Shown here: in pieces, positions 38,308-50,785 of the stretch
How the letters are laid out: the number at the start of each line of letters is the position of its first letter
Position numbering within the stretch: position 1 is the first letter of the stretch
Assembly: GCA_051530055.1 (NCBI GenBank)
Contig: CM121341.1
Coordinates: 16,904,784 to 16,968,783 of the forward strand
From: Neoechinorhynchus agilis
Lineage: Eukaryota > Animalia > Acanthocephala
Length of the DNA: 64,000 nucleotides
Direction: 5' to 3'
Position numbers and translations under genes: made by a program
Notes under the pieces: model-generated
The model's database searches: none
Seen by the model: the letters and a program-made list of their open reading frames with translations, nothing else
What the model was told of the DNA's origin: nothing

Positions 38308-39621
38308 TTACTCACGTTCAAGTGAAAGCAAATATAGATCGTATTCGTTATATATTGGACATGATCGGATCACGTACCTCAATATTATATTGTGCTTGTC
38401 CCATTCTTCATCATATAAATTCGCAAATCGCTTGCACTGAAGTAGCCCCACAACAGCCGCCATTATTGCTTTTGGCTGATTCTTAAAAGTTTGTGGTTTA
38501 TTATATGACCTTTTCAACAAAGAAATCCTTTTGAATTTCTTAACTGGGCGATTTTCTCGATCTTTTATTTGCTGTCGATGATACAGCATATGAGGATTAG
38601 CGTCCACGTCATTTTCTTGCTCGATTTGATCCTCACCGACTGGGGTCCCAAACATGTTTAACTGTCTACTGTCACCTTTATTCTCACTTGAAAGAAATGA
38701 ACCACTTCCGTAAATCTCTTTGTACCGATTGGTAATAGCTTCGTGTAAAATGAACCCGAAAAATGGAATGCACGGTTTGGTAAAAGAAGTATAAAGAATC
38801 ATGTGTGCTAGAACGTTCCTATAATTCTGCCAATCTTTTTTGGCATTAAAGGTTATCCATGTGCTCTCAAGCAGCCTTTAATAAACGAGTCAAACTCACA
38901 ACCTTATTCAAATTTCGCTAACCTGTATTTATTCCGATCAACATTCTCAAATGTTTTCCAAGTTTCTCGCAGTCTAAATACCGACTGACAATCAAGTGCC
39001 GAAATCACCATCCTCGCAGAATTTAAATTTCGCATTTGAAGCAAATAATAAAGAATCTGCGAGTTAGCGAAGATTATAAGTATCGCAAATATAAATTGAT
39101 AAGAAGCACATACTCTCACAATATGACTGATCATTTCAGTTCGAGCTTCAAGACTTGTTGGTAGTATGACCTGAGCCGAAAAAAGTCTAGACATGAATTC
39201 AGAGTATTTTAACCATGCAACTACTGGTGGAATATCCGCTGCTGTAAACTAAGCGGTGACTATTTTGTACTTATTGTTAAAACAGTATACTTACGTCATC
39301 TCTAGAGACAATCCAAGCAAAGTCATAAAGATCAACTGGATTTATTTTACTTAAAAAATACCGATCGATGTCTACCAGAAGTTTCGCCAATGAGCGAGCG
39401 TCAACCGCAGTAATAAATGCGCTTGGAGAATCTCCTTCTGCTTTCTCCCACTCAACTGTTGACTTTGTCACCCATTCATTTACAATGTCATACAGATCGG
39501 GATGTTTATTATCTACATCTTCAATCAAACCGTTCATTCTAAAATCTATAATGGTGGATAATGCCCACGTTTTTGTATCCATGACGAAGGATTTGATTGC
39601 GAAATTTCGAGTGTTACACAT
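38308..39621 (-). CDS. RasGEF (CDC25-homology domain) protein; 5' end unresolved
   Basis: LAKLLVDIDRYFLSKINPVDL, MRNLNSARMVISALDCQSVFRLRETW, PCIPFFG, DLYLLSLERE; GT-AG introns 39249-39294 (46 nt), 39057-39113 (57 nt, CTAAC branch), 38876-38922 (47 nt) join all frames. Confidence 0.8.
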
Positions 39622-40259
39622 TTGTTATGTTTCTGCTATCAGCAAGCGATCCAGCGTAACTGGGTGCGACGCTCCTTTGCTATTCCGATTATCCCACCTT
39701 TTTGCTTTCCTCACTCTTCAACTTTAGTATGCAGGTCGAAAGTTCTAATGCCATGCGACAATAAATATTATTTTTAAGCCAGCAATATAGCCGTTAGTTC
39801 AACTTATGTATTTTTGTTTCCATTACGATACGTTGCTAGTTTTGATTTTAAACGTTTAAAATAAAGGACTTGCTTCCTTACACTCTATTTCAACATTCTT
39901 CACCGCTCTTTTTTTAAACCGAAATTCTGTTGTCCGGATAATTTGATTAACAAAGAAAAAGTGTCGCTGTGTTGTTCATTTTTGCGATGCTCCATCTTCT
40001 AGGTTGATTCGTCTTCAGATGCTTCGGCTTCATATTTAATTGGAATTTGAGCTTTGAGAAAAGCAGTCTGCGGTCTGTCCAACAGCCATCAATTTCTTTG
40101 GTCGTCCTGGTGATGAGTAAGTTTGCAAGTCCTTTGTTTTGTGATTACGATGTCAATTTAGTACCCGTGCTTTGATCTAAGATGCATTTAAGTCGTCTTG
40201 AACCTCGATTTCAGTCTGAAGTACGTATTTGTAATAGACATCCTGAATTTGTACACGGC

Positions 40260-41050
40260 CCTAATAACAGTAGCCCGTTTGAGTTGCGCATACTCAGGCC
40301 TTGAGGACTAATGACTTTGGTCCACAGTTCATGGTTATTGCCGATGCGAGCGTGATGTCAGCATTTGAAGAAGCGATTAGTAAAAGGATCCTTTGACATC
40401 GTAAGTTACACCGAGGGTTAGATAAGTGAAGGTTGTCGATATGGATTAGGAAGTCTTTCACTGGCGTTGACAGGATGAAAACTGTTGTCCTCAACTAGTT
40501 TCCGTTTGACGGCGAGTCCTACAAACTGGATTCTCAACTCTTCTTTCTCCGTTCCAAAAGTATATCCAGAGCTGGATTCTTTGATTCTACCAGTCTTGCT
40601 GGGAGCCTGGAGCTCTTTTCCTACAAGAGCAGTTCTTAAAGCTGGACGTTCCGTGTCCTTTTTGTCCACAAGAGATTGGATATTACACGCTGCGCTCTTA
40701 AGTGGGTCTATCTATCTTCTTTAGCCGTCTTCGTTGGTTCAACAGCACCCCTTGCATATTTTATGATGTGCCGCGTCGCCTAGCCTTGCTTTCCATCATA
40801 AAAGGACATGGGATGGATACCCTGAGCTCCTTCAAGTATTACCGGGATTCGGTTGCGTGATTGAAGATCCGATTGCTTGGCCGGAAATCCACACGGTCCA
40901 TGGCAAAGCCAGCGGTCACCGCAGTCAGGAACTTAGTATTCCTCCGCTAATTCCAGATCATCGTTGAGGACTTCCCCTTGAGCCGTAGCAGACCTGCCCG
41001 GCAACCGTAACGGCGAAGAATCCACGATGTCCCAACCGGCATAAATCTGC
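40260..41050 (-). mobile_element. RTE (BovB-like) 5' fragment: UTR and APE start
   Basis: ERPALRTALVGKEL, IKESSSGYTF, GLAVKRKL, RINV..YGPKS motifs. Confidence 0.75.
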
Positions 41051-41238
41051 TAGGTAGCCATTTGATTTAGCGTTTCCAACTACCGGAAAAGATAGGTTTA
41101 TTTGTTCTAAGTTTCTTAATCACAATCAAATTTTTGTATCTAAATACAAACGAGCTGGAGTTGTACAACACCAATGAAAAATTAGTAACATAATTTCTGT
41201 TTTCCCTTTTTAATATTCCCTTTGTAAAACATAAGCTC

Positions 41239-43181
41239 TTAAACTCGAATTTTTATTGAAGATATTTCATAAGGTGTTCCATCAACACCTCTAAGAACTA
41301 AACTCATTTTCAGAATATAGAATGATCCGCTAGCATCGAAATTCTTTACATCAACATACCAGCACCCTCTTGGATCTTCAAACCAGTTTAAAACTGACGT
41401 GAATAAATAATCATTAAACCCGAAGTGCTTATCGTCGTCGTAAGCTCTGGGCCCGAGGTAAGTAGTGAATTTTCCACTTGGTGATTTAACATCAATCGCC
41501 AACATGCCTCTTTTTCCACGCTGCACATATTTTGGCACTAAGGTTACCTGAAGGATCACATGTTCTAATAGCGTAATCGAACTCGGAGTATTATTGCAGG
41601 CATCCGAACAAACTCGAAATGACTCAACGGAGAGTGGTCGTATGAGAACGAAACGTGATTTCAACACATTAACACTACAAATTCGCAATGGCAGTGAGCG
41701 TTTGTTGATGAGGGCCTTGGCACCTTGAACAAAACTTCGTGCACTCAAAATCCCGAATCCAAAGACATCGCTGACCCACAAACCTGCTCCATTCCTCCAC
41801 CAAACACTTTCTCGCGTCCAGGGAACTGTCATCGTCCATTTTTTCTTCGATGATAAAACTACAAGACTTTGAATTTGACGATAATCAAGAGAAGGGTTAG
41901 CCTCTAAACCAAGTGCAATAATCGCAGCTACCATCGGAGCAGATGCTGAAGTTCCAAGGAAGCCCTCGTCGCATGTGCCATTGATCCCCGCAGTTACAAT
42001 GTTGTTCAAAAGTCCATCGCCGGTATAAGACGTTGTCATGATAGACGCACATCTCTCAGCGTACATCGGAGAGGACCCGTTTCTGAGAATTCCTGCAACC
42101 GCAACGACGTACGGAGAATTCACTACTCGGTCAATTGAACAGTGATCGAAGTAGTGACCTCCGTTGCCTGCCGCGATAACGAGTGATGATCCAAGACCAT
42201 TTCGACCGAGTTTAGCGTTGTTGGCCAATATAGCTTCGTCAACTTTATTCCGCTGGACTGAAGTTTTTCCGTCATCCGGTTCACCCATCGAAACGCTGTA
42301 AATGTCAACTGTAGAATTTACGACATCAATGCAGTATACCCGGTCCTGCATCGCTGTCATTGGAGTCCGAACGTCTGCTCAAGAGTTTGACTACTGTCAA
42401 TTTTCCGAGGAAAAGCTGGATTTGTGTTTAAACTCACGATTTTTGCATCGAAAGCTACACCAACTCCACAGTACTGATTGTTTGGTCTTGCTGCAATAAC
42501 TCCAGCGCACGCAGTTCCGTGCCACCCGAAGACAGTTGAATTCGGTAAAGATAAGAGGACACTTCCTTTCAGTTCTGGATGATTTGTTTCAACGCCATGA
42601 TCGACCACACCGATCACGACACCTTTACCAGTGTATCCTTCCTGCCATACTCTCTGTACTGCTAGGGCGTTCCTTTTTAGATGCCAACTTTTCTTAAATT
42701 TTGCGTCGTCAAATTTCATTGGATATTTTATGCGTCCTGGTCTATATGGCTTATAAGCAAATGTTCTGGTTCGCTCGGTTACCGTCACCAGTTGGATACT
42801 TATGGTCACCATGGATAATAAATAGAAGAGAAACATGTTTATATAATGTGAGAATCTTATCAAGGGAACTCAAACAATGAACTTAAGCATTTTAGACTTG
42901 TGATTCATTTTCTTTGTTTGAAAACAAAGAATATTATTCAGAACTTTGGCTTAGAGCTCAAAAAGTTGCAAGGAAAGTTCAGAAACTTACTCTATTCGTA
43001 ATCGAAAATGTAGATGATGTGTGATGAAGATTGAATTTGAGCTTCTAATTATGCAGAAAAACAGCATTCGACCCGATTGATTCAATTTTTTCTTTAAGCA
43101 CGCAGCCACATCGATATCTTGCATCAGAGAAGTGATTGAAACACTTAAACCAATAAAACATACGGTAATGAGTTTGTGCAT
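41239..43181 (-). CDS. Furin/kexin-like proprotein convertase (S8 + P domain, no transmembrane tail); 5' exon structure tentative
   Basis: Catalytic VVDHG, WHGTACAG, AAGNGG, GTSASAP and a P domain. Intron 42375-42433 (GT-AG, 59 nt) gives AKIVNVR. Putative signal exon MHKLITVCFIGLSVSITS (43181-42991) joined through a GTAAGT..AAG intron 42799-42990. Confidence 0.8.
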
Positions 43182-44181
43182 CCCTCCCGATTCTCAGTCA
43201 CCTCACGAGGAGGCGAAACTCATCAGTGAGTTTCCTCAATTCAGCGGTATTTCGTCCCCTTTGGTTGTGAGTCATCAACGATCGAGGATTTCAACTTTAT
43301 GACCATCTCGACAACTACTTCTCCCTCACGCATTTTTCTCTCTCTCGAGAGGTTGCGGTTCCCTCGACAACCAATTTATCCTGTTTGATGCAATCCACTC
43401 ATCGTTTCCTTTCCCGTTATTTCCAGCTTCTCCGTGCTGCGCAGTATGTGATCTGCTTCGCACTACGAAACTTTATAGTGTCAGCGAAACCTTCTTTGGA
43501 CGATCAACTCTGAACAGCTCCCTGATGTCCACATTTCTTTTCTTACCCTTGAGAGTGTACCTTGCTGCCAATCTCAGCATCGTCATCTCGTTCGTTTCTA
43601 ATCTTCTGAGGTCGTTTTGCTCGGTCGTCCAAGTTTCCGCGCCATATAACATGTCTGGTGGCACGACGGTCTCGGACAGCCACCCTTTCAGTTTCGGTGA
43701 GATCCTTTTGTCGCATAATACACTAGACATCTTCCTCCAGTTGAGCCACCCGCTTTGTCTACGAGCATTTATTTTGGATTCGAGGGAATTTGTCATATTT
43801 ACTTCGCTGTCCAGATATTTTACTGTTCTTCTCATCGTCAAATCCACACCTTCTAACTTTAGCGCTTCCGGTCCCACGCCAATCAAGTCATCAGCGAACA
43901 TTAGTGTCCATGAAGGCTTTCGGGCGATTTGCTTAGAACTCAACACATCCATGATCGTGACGAATAAGAACGGACTGAGAGCTGATTCCTGATGCAATCG
44001 AACTGTAACCTCAAAATAGTTTGTTTGTCTCTCCCACACTGCATCTGACACAAGTGCAGGATCCCTCGTACATGATCTGCATTGCTTTTATGTATTCCTC
44101 GGGACAGTTCTTCTTTATGAGGCACGTCCATATTAGGTTTCTCGGCACTGTATCATAGGCTTTCTCGTGGTCCACGAATGC

Positions 44182-44377
44182 ACTGTATAGCGGTTTGTAA
44201 AGATATAATCCATTGTTTGTAAGAAGAAGGGAAGTAGTACAAGTAATATTTTATTGAAATATTTCGACCCTCACGTGGGTCTTCTTCAGTCAATTGTTCG
44301 CAAGTGCTTACGAACTGAAGAAGACCCACGCGAGGGTCGAAATATTTCAATAAAATATTATTTGTACTGTATAGCGG
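44182..44377. mobile_element. PLE-derived hairpin insertion with 12-bp TSD inside an RTE RT
   Basis: ACTGTATAGCGG at 44182-44193 / 44366-44377; ~54-bp inverted arms 44237-44290 / 44314-44367; removing the insert plus one repeat restores PLYSAFVDHEKAYD. Confidence 0.9.
44253..44294 (-). ncRNA. Minimal hammerhead ribozyme (PLE type)
   Basis: AUUGA-CUGAAGA-A-GACCC-ACGUGA-GGGUC-GAAA-UAU-U-UCAAU: perfect stems I and II, palindromic AUAU stem III. Confidence 0.8.
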
Positions 44378-45639
44378 CTTCTGTTTTTCATTGTACCTCT
44401 CGTACAATTGTCTGATTAGAAAGATCGTTTCTGTTGTGCTCCGCCCCGGTGCATAAAACCTCTCTGATGTTTTTCGATGCGGATCTCTTCTCTCAGTCTA
44501 CTGTTTATAATCCTTTCATATAGTTTCATTGTGTGGCTCATAAGCTTTATGTCCTTATAATTACTGCATTGTTCAATATCTCCTTTTTGTCTGTAGATCA
44601 GAAAAGCTACACTTCTTCACCATGCTTCTGACATTTTCCCGATTTGTGATATTCTTCGATATAGGTTCGTCAACACTTGGATACCAAAACGGCCCAACGC
44701 TTTCCATATTTCGATCGGGATAACATCCGGTCCAAAACTTTTCCCCAATTTCATGCGTCCAAGCTGTCTCGCAACTTCGTTGTAGGAGAACGGCCGCACT
44801 GCATTCGCGCATGGCGGTGTCTCCTCGCTGGGTTGTCGCGGATTCTCTGTATTCAGGAGTTTATCGAAATACTCTCGCCATCTTAGAAGAACCTCGTTTT
44901 CGTTTGACAACGTACTTCCCGGCGAATCCTTGATCCTTTTGATACTTGAAATATCCTTTGACTTTTTGTCGCAAATTTGTGCGATCTTGAAGATCTTTCC
45001 ACTCCCTTTGCCTTTTTCCAGTGCCTCATAGATCTCTCTACCCGCCTCTCTCTTTGCCATCGCACATTCCCTTCTCGCATTTTTCTTTTCCTGCTTGAAA
45101 CCTTTATGAGATGCAACTGTTCGAACCTAGTCCCATACCTTCTTAGCATCTCGCTTTCGCCGTATCGCTTCTTTTACCCTTGGGTTCCACTACCACCACC
45201 ACCACCACTTCTCTTTACCTGATGGAGGCGGTCTGCCTGATGTCTGCCCAAGAATGTCTATTCCTTCCTCCAGAATTAGTTTTGATGATTCGCTCCACCA
45301 TACATTTGGGTCGTAAACTTCCATTTCCAGCTTACCTATTAGCGATTCACCAACTAGTTTTCGAAGCTCAGTATCCTTTAGCAACCACCACCTGATTCGA
45401 GGGTTCATTTTCCGGACATACCGTTTCCTCTTTGTTCTGATCGTCAAGTCTGCTACTATTACTCGGTGTTGTGGTACACAATCATCTCCGAGAATCGGTT
45501 TGACGTTCTTTATTTCGCTCCATCGTAATATCGGGTAAAAGATGAAATTAATTTGATTAGATTTTTCACCCCTCGAATAGGTAGTAACATGCCTATCCTC
45601 TTCAGTTCTCACGGTTCGAGATTCGTATTGTTTTGCAAG

Positions 45640-47050
45640 GAAAGGAGGCCTTCATCGTAGATTCTATTAGATTTAACAAAGAGCCCGTTGCAATCGAGGG
45701 GTCGGAGCCAAATATGGTAGAGCGGTTTTGCGTGATAACAGAATTGACACATGCAGCAAAGGAGTGGGTATGATGATCACGTTTATCCCAGACAACGTAG
45801 GGGCCGGAAAAGGAACGTTTTTGAGGTGATGTGGGGAGAGAAGGATGGAACAATGGTCAGACGAGGCGATCGGGGTAAGTTTGGTAGTGCACGAATATTG
45901 CCTGATGTTTGAGAAAATTTTATCAAGGCGGGAGGAGAAGCGTGAAGGGAAAGTAATGAGTTGGGAGAGATGAGAGAGAGCGAGGGCGGGATCGGCAGTT
46001 TGTTAAAATCGCCCAATATGATGAATGATCTGAGGAAGTGGAAAGTAGGTCAGTAAATAGGTGGTCTATTTGTTGAAGTGTGTTGGGGATGTTTGAGGAA
46101 AGAGGGCGATAAAGGCCAGTGATAGAGATCTAACGTTGGCCATTGCGGAGGGGAGATGAAGTTAGATGTGAAGCCATTCAAGATCGTCGGAGATGGAAAG
46201 GTAGGGTGAAGAGCAATGGTAAGGGAGAGAGGCGCGGATGAAGATCGATATGCCTCCCCCGTTTCGGAAGTCCCTTGTGAGGTGAAAAGCTTGAAAGTTT
46301 GGAAGGAAGGCAGATAATTTGCTATGGGGTGAGAGCCATGTTTCCGTAATTACAAGGATGTCAGCGTTGCAAGAAGATGCAACTATATGGAGCTCATCCA
46401 GCTTGGGGAGGACGATACGAATGTTAGAATAAAAGATGATTGGAAAGGGATGTTTAGAAGGGACATGAGGGGTGGATACTGACGGAGAGGGTTGAAGCTG
46501 CGCAGAGAGAGAAGGGATGGGAGTTGACCGATGGGGTAGTTCGGGGTTAAGGGATTCGTGGGTGGACACTGTAGTGAGGGGTGATTTGAGTGTAGGGACC
46601 ACGGAGGTGGGAACTGTGCATGCGGAATGAACTCGGGGGAAAGAGGATATTGGGAGTTGAAGAGGTGGTAGTATGAGGTGAGGTAGTCTGCGCGTCCAAG
46701 ATATTTTGCGCTTCTGAGTGCGCAAAGCGAAAATTCCTAGATTTGGTAAGGTGCGGAATAGTGGTTTTAGGCAGATGAGAGATGAGTGGTGGCAACGATG
46801 AGAGTGGTTTAGGAGGAGTTAATTTACGAGGCGCGGGATGCTTAAGGTAGTCGTTGAAAGATGGTAGGGGTGTGTGCTTTTTACTAGAAAATCGGGGTAC
46901 AGGAGAGAAGGTAGTAGGTTTTGATGTGGCTAACGTTGAAACGTAATCGTAGAAGGATGAGAGGGATTTATGGTTTTCTCTAGCAGTACGGGGTGCTAGA
47001 GAGGAGGTGGAGGATTTAGGTGAGACCGAGGAGAAAGGGGGCTAGGTTTT
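45640..47050 (-). mobile_element. CR1/L2-like LINE 5' fragment (ORF1 end and APE)
   Basis: FYSNIRIVLPKLDEL..ADILVITETWLS..RNGGGISIFI; IIMGDFN. Confidence 0.8.
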
Positions 47051-47149
47051 AATGGCGGAGCAGAGTGAGACTTAGAGTGCAGGGACGAGTTAAAAGGGGT
47101 ATGAGAGATGATAGGAACGGAATTAAGGAGGGGAGAAGGTTGTTGATGA

Positions 47150-47920
47150 AAAGTCGAATGGCCCCGAACATCTCGTCAGGAAGCTTCGAAGAGACACGTT
47201 CAGTCAGGGATCGCTTTGAAAAACGGCAACGAAACCCTTCCTTCGTGCGTCCCCTACGAACCTCGCGAAATTGAAAGAGACCGCCCCTTCGTTGAGTTTG
47301 ATGTCAAAGACGCCCCAGAATCATCACTGGTGCAAAGGACTAAGCGCGGGAATGCGAAGAGCCGTGTCCATAATGACGCACAGTTCTTTTGGGGGCAATC
47401 GTTGAGCAATTCCGTAAATGCTTTGGCGACCCCATATCGTGCACACTTTGGGATCCGTTTCAGGACGTTCCTGGGCAGAATCCGCACGATATCAGGTATC
47501 GAAATAGAGTCAGTAGTGATCTGAGAGGTCCCACGCATAAACAGATCGGTTGATTGTGGTGAACTAGACCCGCTACAGCGGAGATCCCGGGGCCATGGGC
47601 AAACAAAACCCACAAATTGGTTAATTTAAAAGACTTTCCGCAAACCGAACACACGCAGTAGAGATGCGTGGGAGCCCGTCAGCGTTGGTATTCTCAGGTT
47701 GAGCGGAATCGATAAGTGGCGCGTTCAAGGTGTCTACGTCAGTAGCGTCGATTGTAGGCGATATGAACGCAGTTCGCTGTTTGTTTTCAGTCGAGATTTT
47801 CTTTGAGAACTGAGCCTTCGAATTATCAGAATTTCCTGGCGGTTGCATTGATTGTTGGCTATTTGTGGTCGTCCGTCCTTGAATTTTTGGATGATGCTGA
47901 ACACTATTGCTTGCAAGTTT
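47150..47920 (-). mobile_element. CRE-like element N-terminal fragment
   Basis: CSVCGKSF..HGPRDLRCSGS, LKRIPKCARYGVA, WTRLFAFPRLVL, homologous to the start of the 18668 ORF. Confidence 0.75.
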
Positions 47921-48065
47921 TTGTTTAATTTTAGAATTCGTTAGCTCGCTCTTTATGTTTCTAATAGTATTGTTTTTTAAAAGTCTACTTATCTCATATA
48001 AATTTCAAAACGTTGCTAAGTAACACAAGCCTGTTGTCTTAATCACGAACGAACGGGATATCGAG

Positions 48066-48554
48066 ATGAAAAGATCAAGGATCAATCGAAGCTATGTTTT
48101 TTATTGTAAAAGATTACCAAGGACAACAGCAAAACTAGTTTTGACTATTGTTGCAATCGGAGTGCTTCTGGCTTTAGCTCACGCCCTAACAAACTACAAG
48201 CTTATGATCACCATTCGTGGAACCAATATCCGCTATGAACTAGGAAAAATAGGATACGACACGGCTTATGAGAAACTGCATTCAACCTTGTGGACAAGTA
48301 TTGGACAGCTGAAGCGAAGATTTGGAGAGTTCAAATACGTAATTGAACAGGATTGGCTAAGACCTTTTGCAGATCACATGGGAATTCCTCACAGTTTGAA
48401 ACCTGTGAACAGGCTCAGCATTGTTAACAAAGACCTAGAATTGAGTGTTTCGGTTATTTTGTATATAATCGGAACTTCTGTTGCAGTGATGTGCTTCCCA
48501 GTCCAAAGAAAAGGAAAACGCGTTTACAGACAAAAATTAAGTCACGCAAAATAA
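48066..48554 (+). CDS. Hypothetical 162-aa protein with two hydrophobic segments
   Basis: Clean ATG-TAA ORF, followed by AATAAA; hydrophobic LVLTIVAIGVLLALAHAL and LSVSVILYIIGTSVAVMCF; no family recognised. Confidence 0.55.
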   Translation: MKRSRINRSYVFYCKRLPRTTAKLVLTIVAIGVLLALAHALTNYKLMITIRGTNIRYELGKIGYDTAYEKLHSTLWTSIGQLKRRFGEFKYVIEQDWLRPFADHMGIPHSLKPVNRLSIVNKDLELSVSVILYIIGTSVAVMCFPVQRKGKRVYRQKLSHAK

Positions 48555-49799
48555 TTCCATTTTTTCAGTAAATCGGATTTTTTTAGCGCGTTGTTTATCG
48601 GTTAAGGTGCATTAATAAATTTTATTCATTGCCAATTCTCGAATAATCAAGTAGGAAAAGACTGCAGCAGTACAACAAGGCAATGCTGCTAGCGTGATAG
48701 TGACAGTCGAGGAAGGAGAGAAGCTCCAATTTTGCAGAAAGGTGGTGATTGTACGTTTTGTACTTTAACAAAAATCATTGATGTTACAAAGTGAATTGGT
48801 CCAAAAATAAGCAATAATTTTTGGGATTTAATAGTGAAGACTTATTAATGCAGATAAATCGCAATTGCACTTATCCGTGGAGATGCATTGAATGCGAGAA
48901 TTGTTTCTAAAAGAGTAAACTTATTGCAAAATACTCAATTTGCGAAACGCTATACGCCCATGAGTAAAAAGTAAAATAATGCTATATTTTCCCGTAAGCA
49001 CCGATCTCTACATTAAATAAAAGAAAATTTCAACGAACATAAAACTGACATCGAATTTCTTTAAACAAAGCGACCATCAACTAAACAATTATCGATCTTG
49101 TGAAGCCTGAAAGGGAAAGGTTAGGTCTATTTAAATAAGGAAAGATCTGATTCTGTATTTATTCTTTATCACCAAATTTATTCTTTTGTTTCGTGCTAGT
49201 ACTTAACGGTTTTCTGTTAAAATTAAAAAAACTGGCGATTGGACGCAACCAAGTATAATCGGTGTTTCTCAGATCAAGATTAGCTAAATTGACCATGGTC
49301 AACTCATGACTAAAAAGAGAGAATGGTGTGCTTTATTGGGCACATTTTATTGAAAAATGAAAATAATAGCATTAAACGGACGCTTTATAGGCCTCGCTGA
49401 ATGGAGGACTTTGTTTTGATTTTGCATTTATCTTATGCAACTCCAATTTATCAAACTCATCCGCAAAAAGGTCATGGATCAATCACAATTACACTTAAAA
49501 CAGAACTACATCGATGAACCCTGCTATTTATCAGATATTTAAAAAAGTATTACGTGCCAAACGCATTTAATCGATTGCATTTTGAACCAAAAATGTCTAT
49601 TTAGACATTTGTGCACTGGATATATAGATTCTAACCATTTGCGGCGCAACGACATCGCGGACGCTCATAATAATGTTCAAAGTAACACTTAAAAATACAC
49701 AAATTTATTTTGTGGAGCTTTCGGATACTTGGATACCTTCGGAACGATAAAGTTAGAAGAGAGCTTCCCCGAGAAATATTTCAATAAAATATCTTTTTG

Positions 49800-50055
49800 T
49801 GATCCTCAGCGGCGATCGCAGGGCCTGGGTCGAAATCATTATTTCGTTCCCTTTGGGGAAGAGATAATCGGGTCGTTTGGTACCGTGGCCAAGGACCTGG
49901 TCAAACAATTGTCCAAAAGACTAAGAAGAATCACTGACGATCCGAGAAAAGGAGCATTCCTCGCGCAAAAAAACTTAGTCTGTCTTTTCGACCATCACAA
50001 AAACGACAGCAGGCAATGGTGCGAATATTTTTCGAACTCTCTGTTGGAAAAATGA
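49800..50055 (+). mobile_element. CRE-like RLE C-terminal remnant (a smaller QGNAASV remnant lies at ~48675-48700)
   Basis: HYFVPFGEEIIGSFG...ITDDPRKGAFLAQK is similar to the end of the 31316 ORF. Confidence 0.65.
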
Positions 50056-50785
50056 CCGCTTATCTCAAAAAAATTAAATACCTTTTATCCGATATTATCA
50101 TCAAAATTCGAAGACGACGCTGATGTCTTTTCGCAACGAATTAGTACGCCGGCGTATGCATCGGGCAGATTTGACCCAAATTAAACCTTCCTTTTTTGTA
50201 GGGAATTATAATAATTGATTTATTTGATAATTTTCGGCCTTCGCGTAGGCCTCCTTTAGTCTATTGATTGTAAGTTTCTAAATATTCGAGTTAATCAAGT
50301 ATTATGGTCCGCTATAGAAAAATAAATGACGAAAATCTTTACAATGACCAAATTTAACCGAATGACCTCCGCTCCTCGATGTGCCGACAAATATCAACAA
50401 CGGTGGATTCGTGTGACGTATATACGGTACTTGTTACGGAAGAACATCGAATGTTCTTTGTGCTGGTGAGTTTGCTTTTCACACTCCGAAAAGGATTTTT
50501 TCGATCGGTTTTCACTTTTTATATATTGAAATCAAAGTCGTTTATTGGTTACCAACCTAGGGTAAATTATGTACGTTGATTTTCATTATTTTTTTTGAAC
50601 TATTTTTTTCGTAATCTTATATATATAGGAGAGCGGATTCGATGAAAATGCGCGTTTAGGCTTCGCCATTTTAATGAACGAGTTCTTAAAGGAACGCCAT
50701 TTTTCTATTGTATTTATTAAAATTGAGCAAAAATTCGAAATTGAATTTTAACAACATTTTATCTTGAAAAATGAAACTGCTCATG

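Larger units (their letters stand above)
43470..45615 (-). mobile_element. RTE-clade LINE (decayed)
   Basis: QINFIF, WWWW, KSFGPDVIPIEIWK, FVDHEKAYD, LHQESALSPFLF, LMFADDL, VKYLDS motifs. Confidence 0.9.

Noticed and set aside
42374-42437. Fourth non-canonical intron in the furin-like gene (GTGAGT...TTGA|G, off by one, with GAGTTT/AAACTC inverted repeat and ATCGTGA at the 5' side)
   Set aside because: A GT-AG solution exists (A|GTTTAA...GCAG|AC, giving AKIVNVR) at the position where I recall a conserved furin-family intron, and there is no TA duplication. The donor is weak, so the junction is worth checking in RNA-seq.
42781-42863. Prodomain-less convertase starting at the 42863 ORF
   Set aside because: An upstream in-frame ORF (43181-42987) has a signal peptide and a GTAAGT donor; the apparent hydrophobic N-terminus at 42863 is probably intron.
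43205-43236. Hammerhead-like CTGATGA/GAAA hairpin
   Set aside because: Core elements are in the wrong order for any HHR topology; it is a simple GAAACTCA/TGAGTTTC hairpin.
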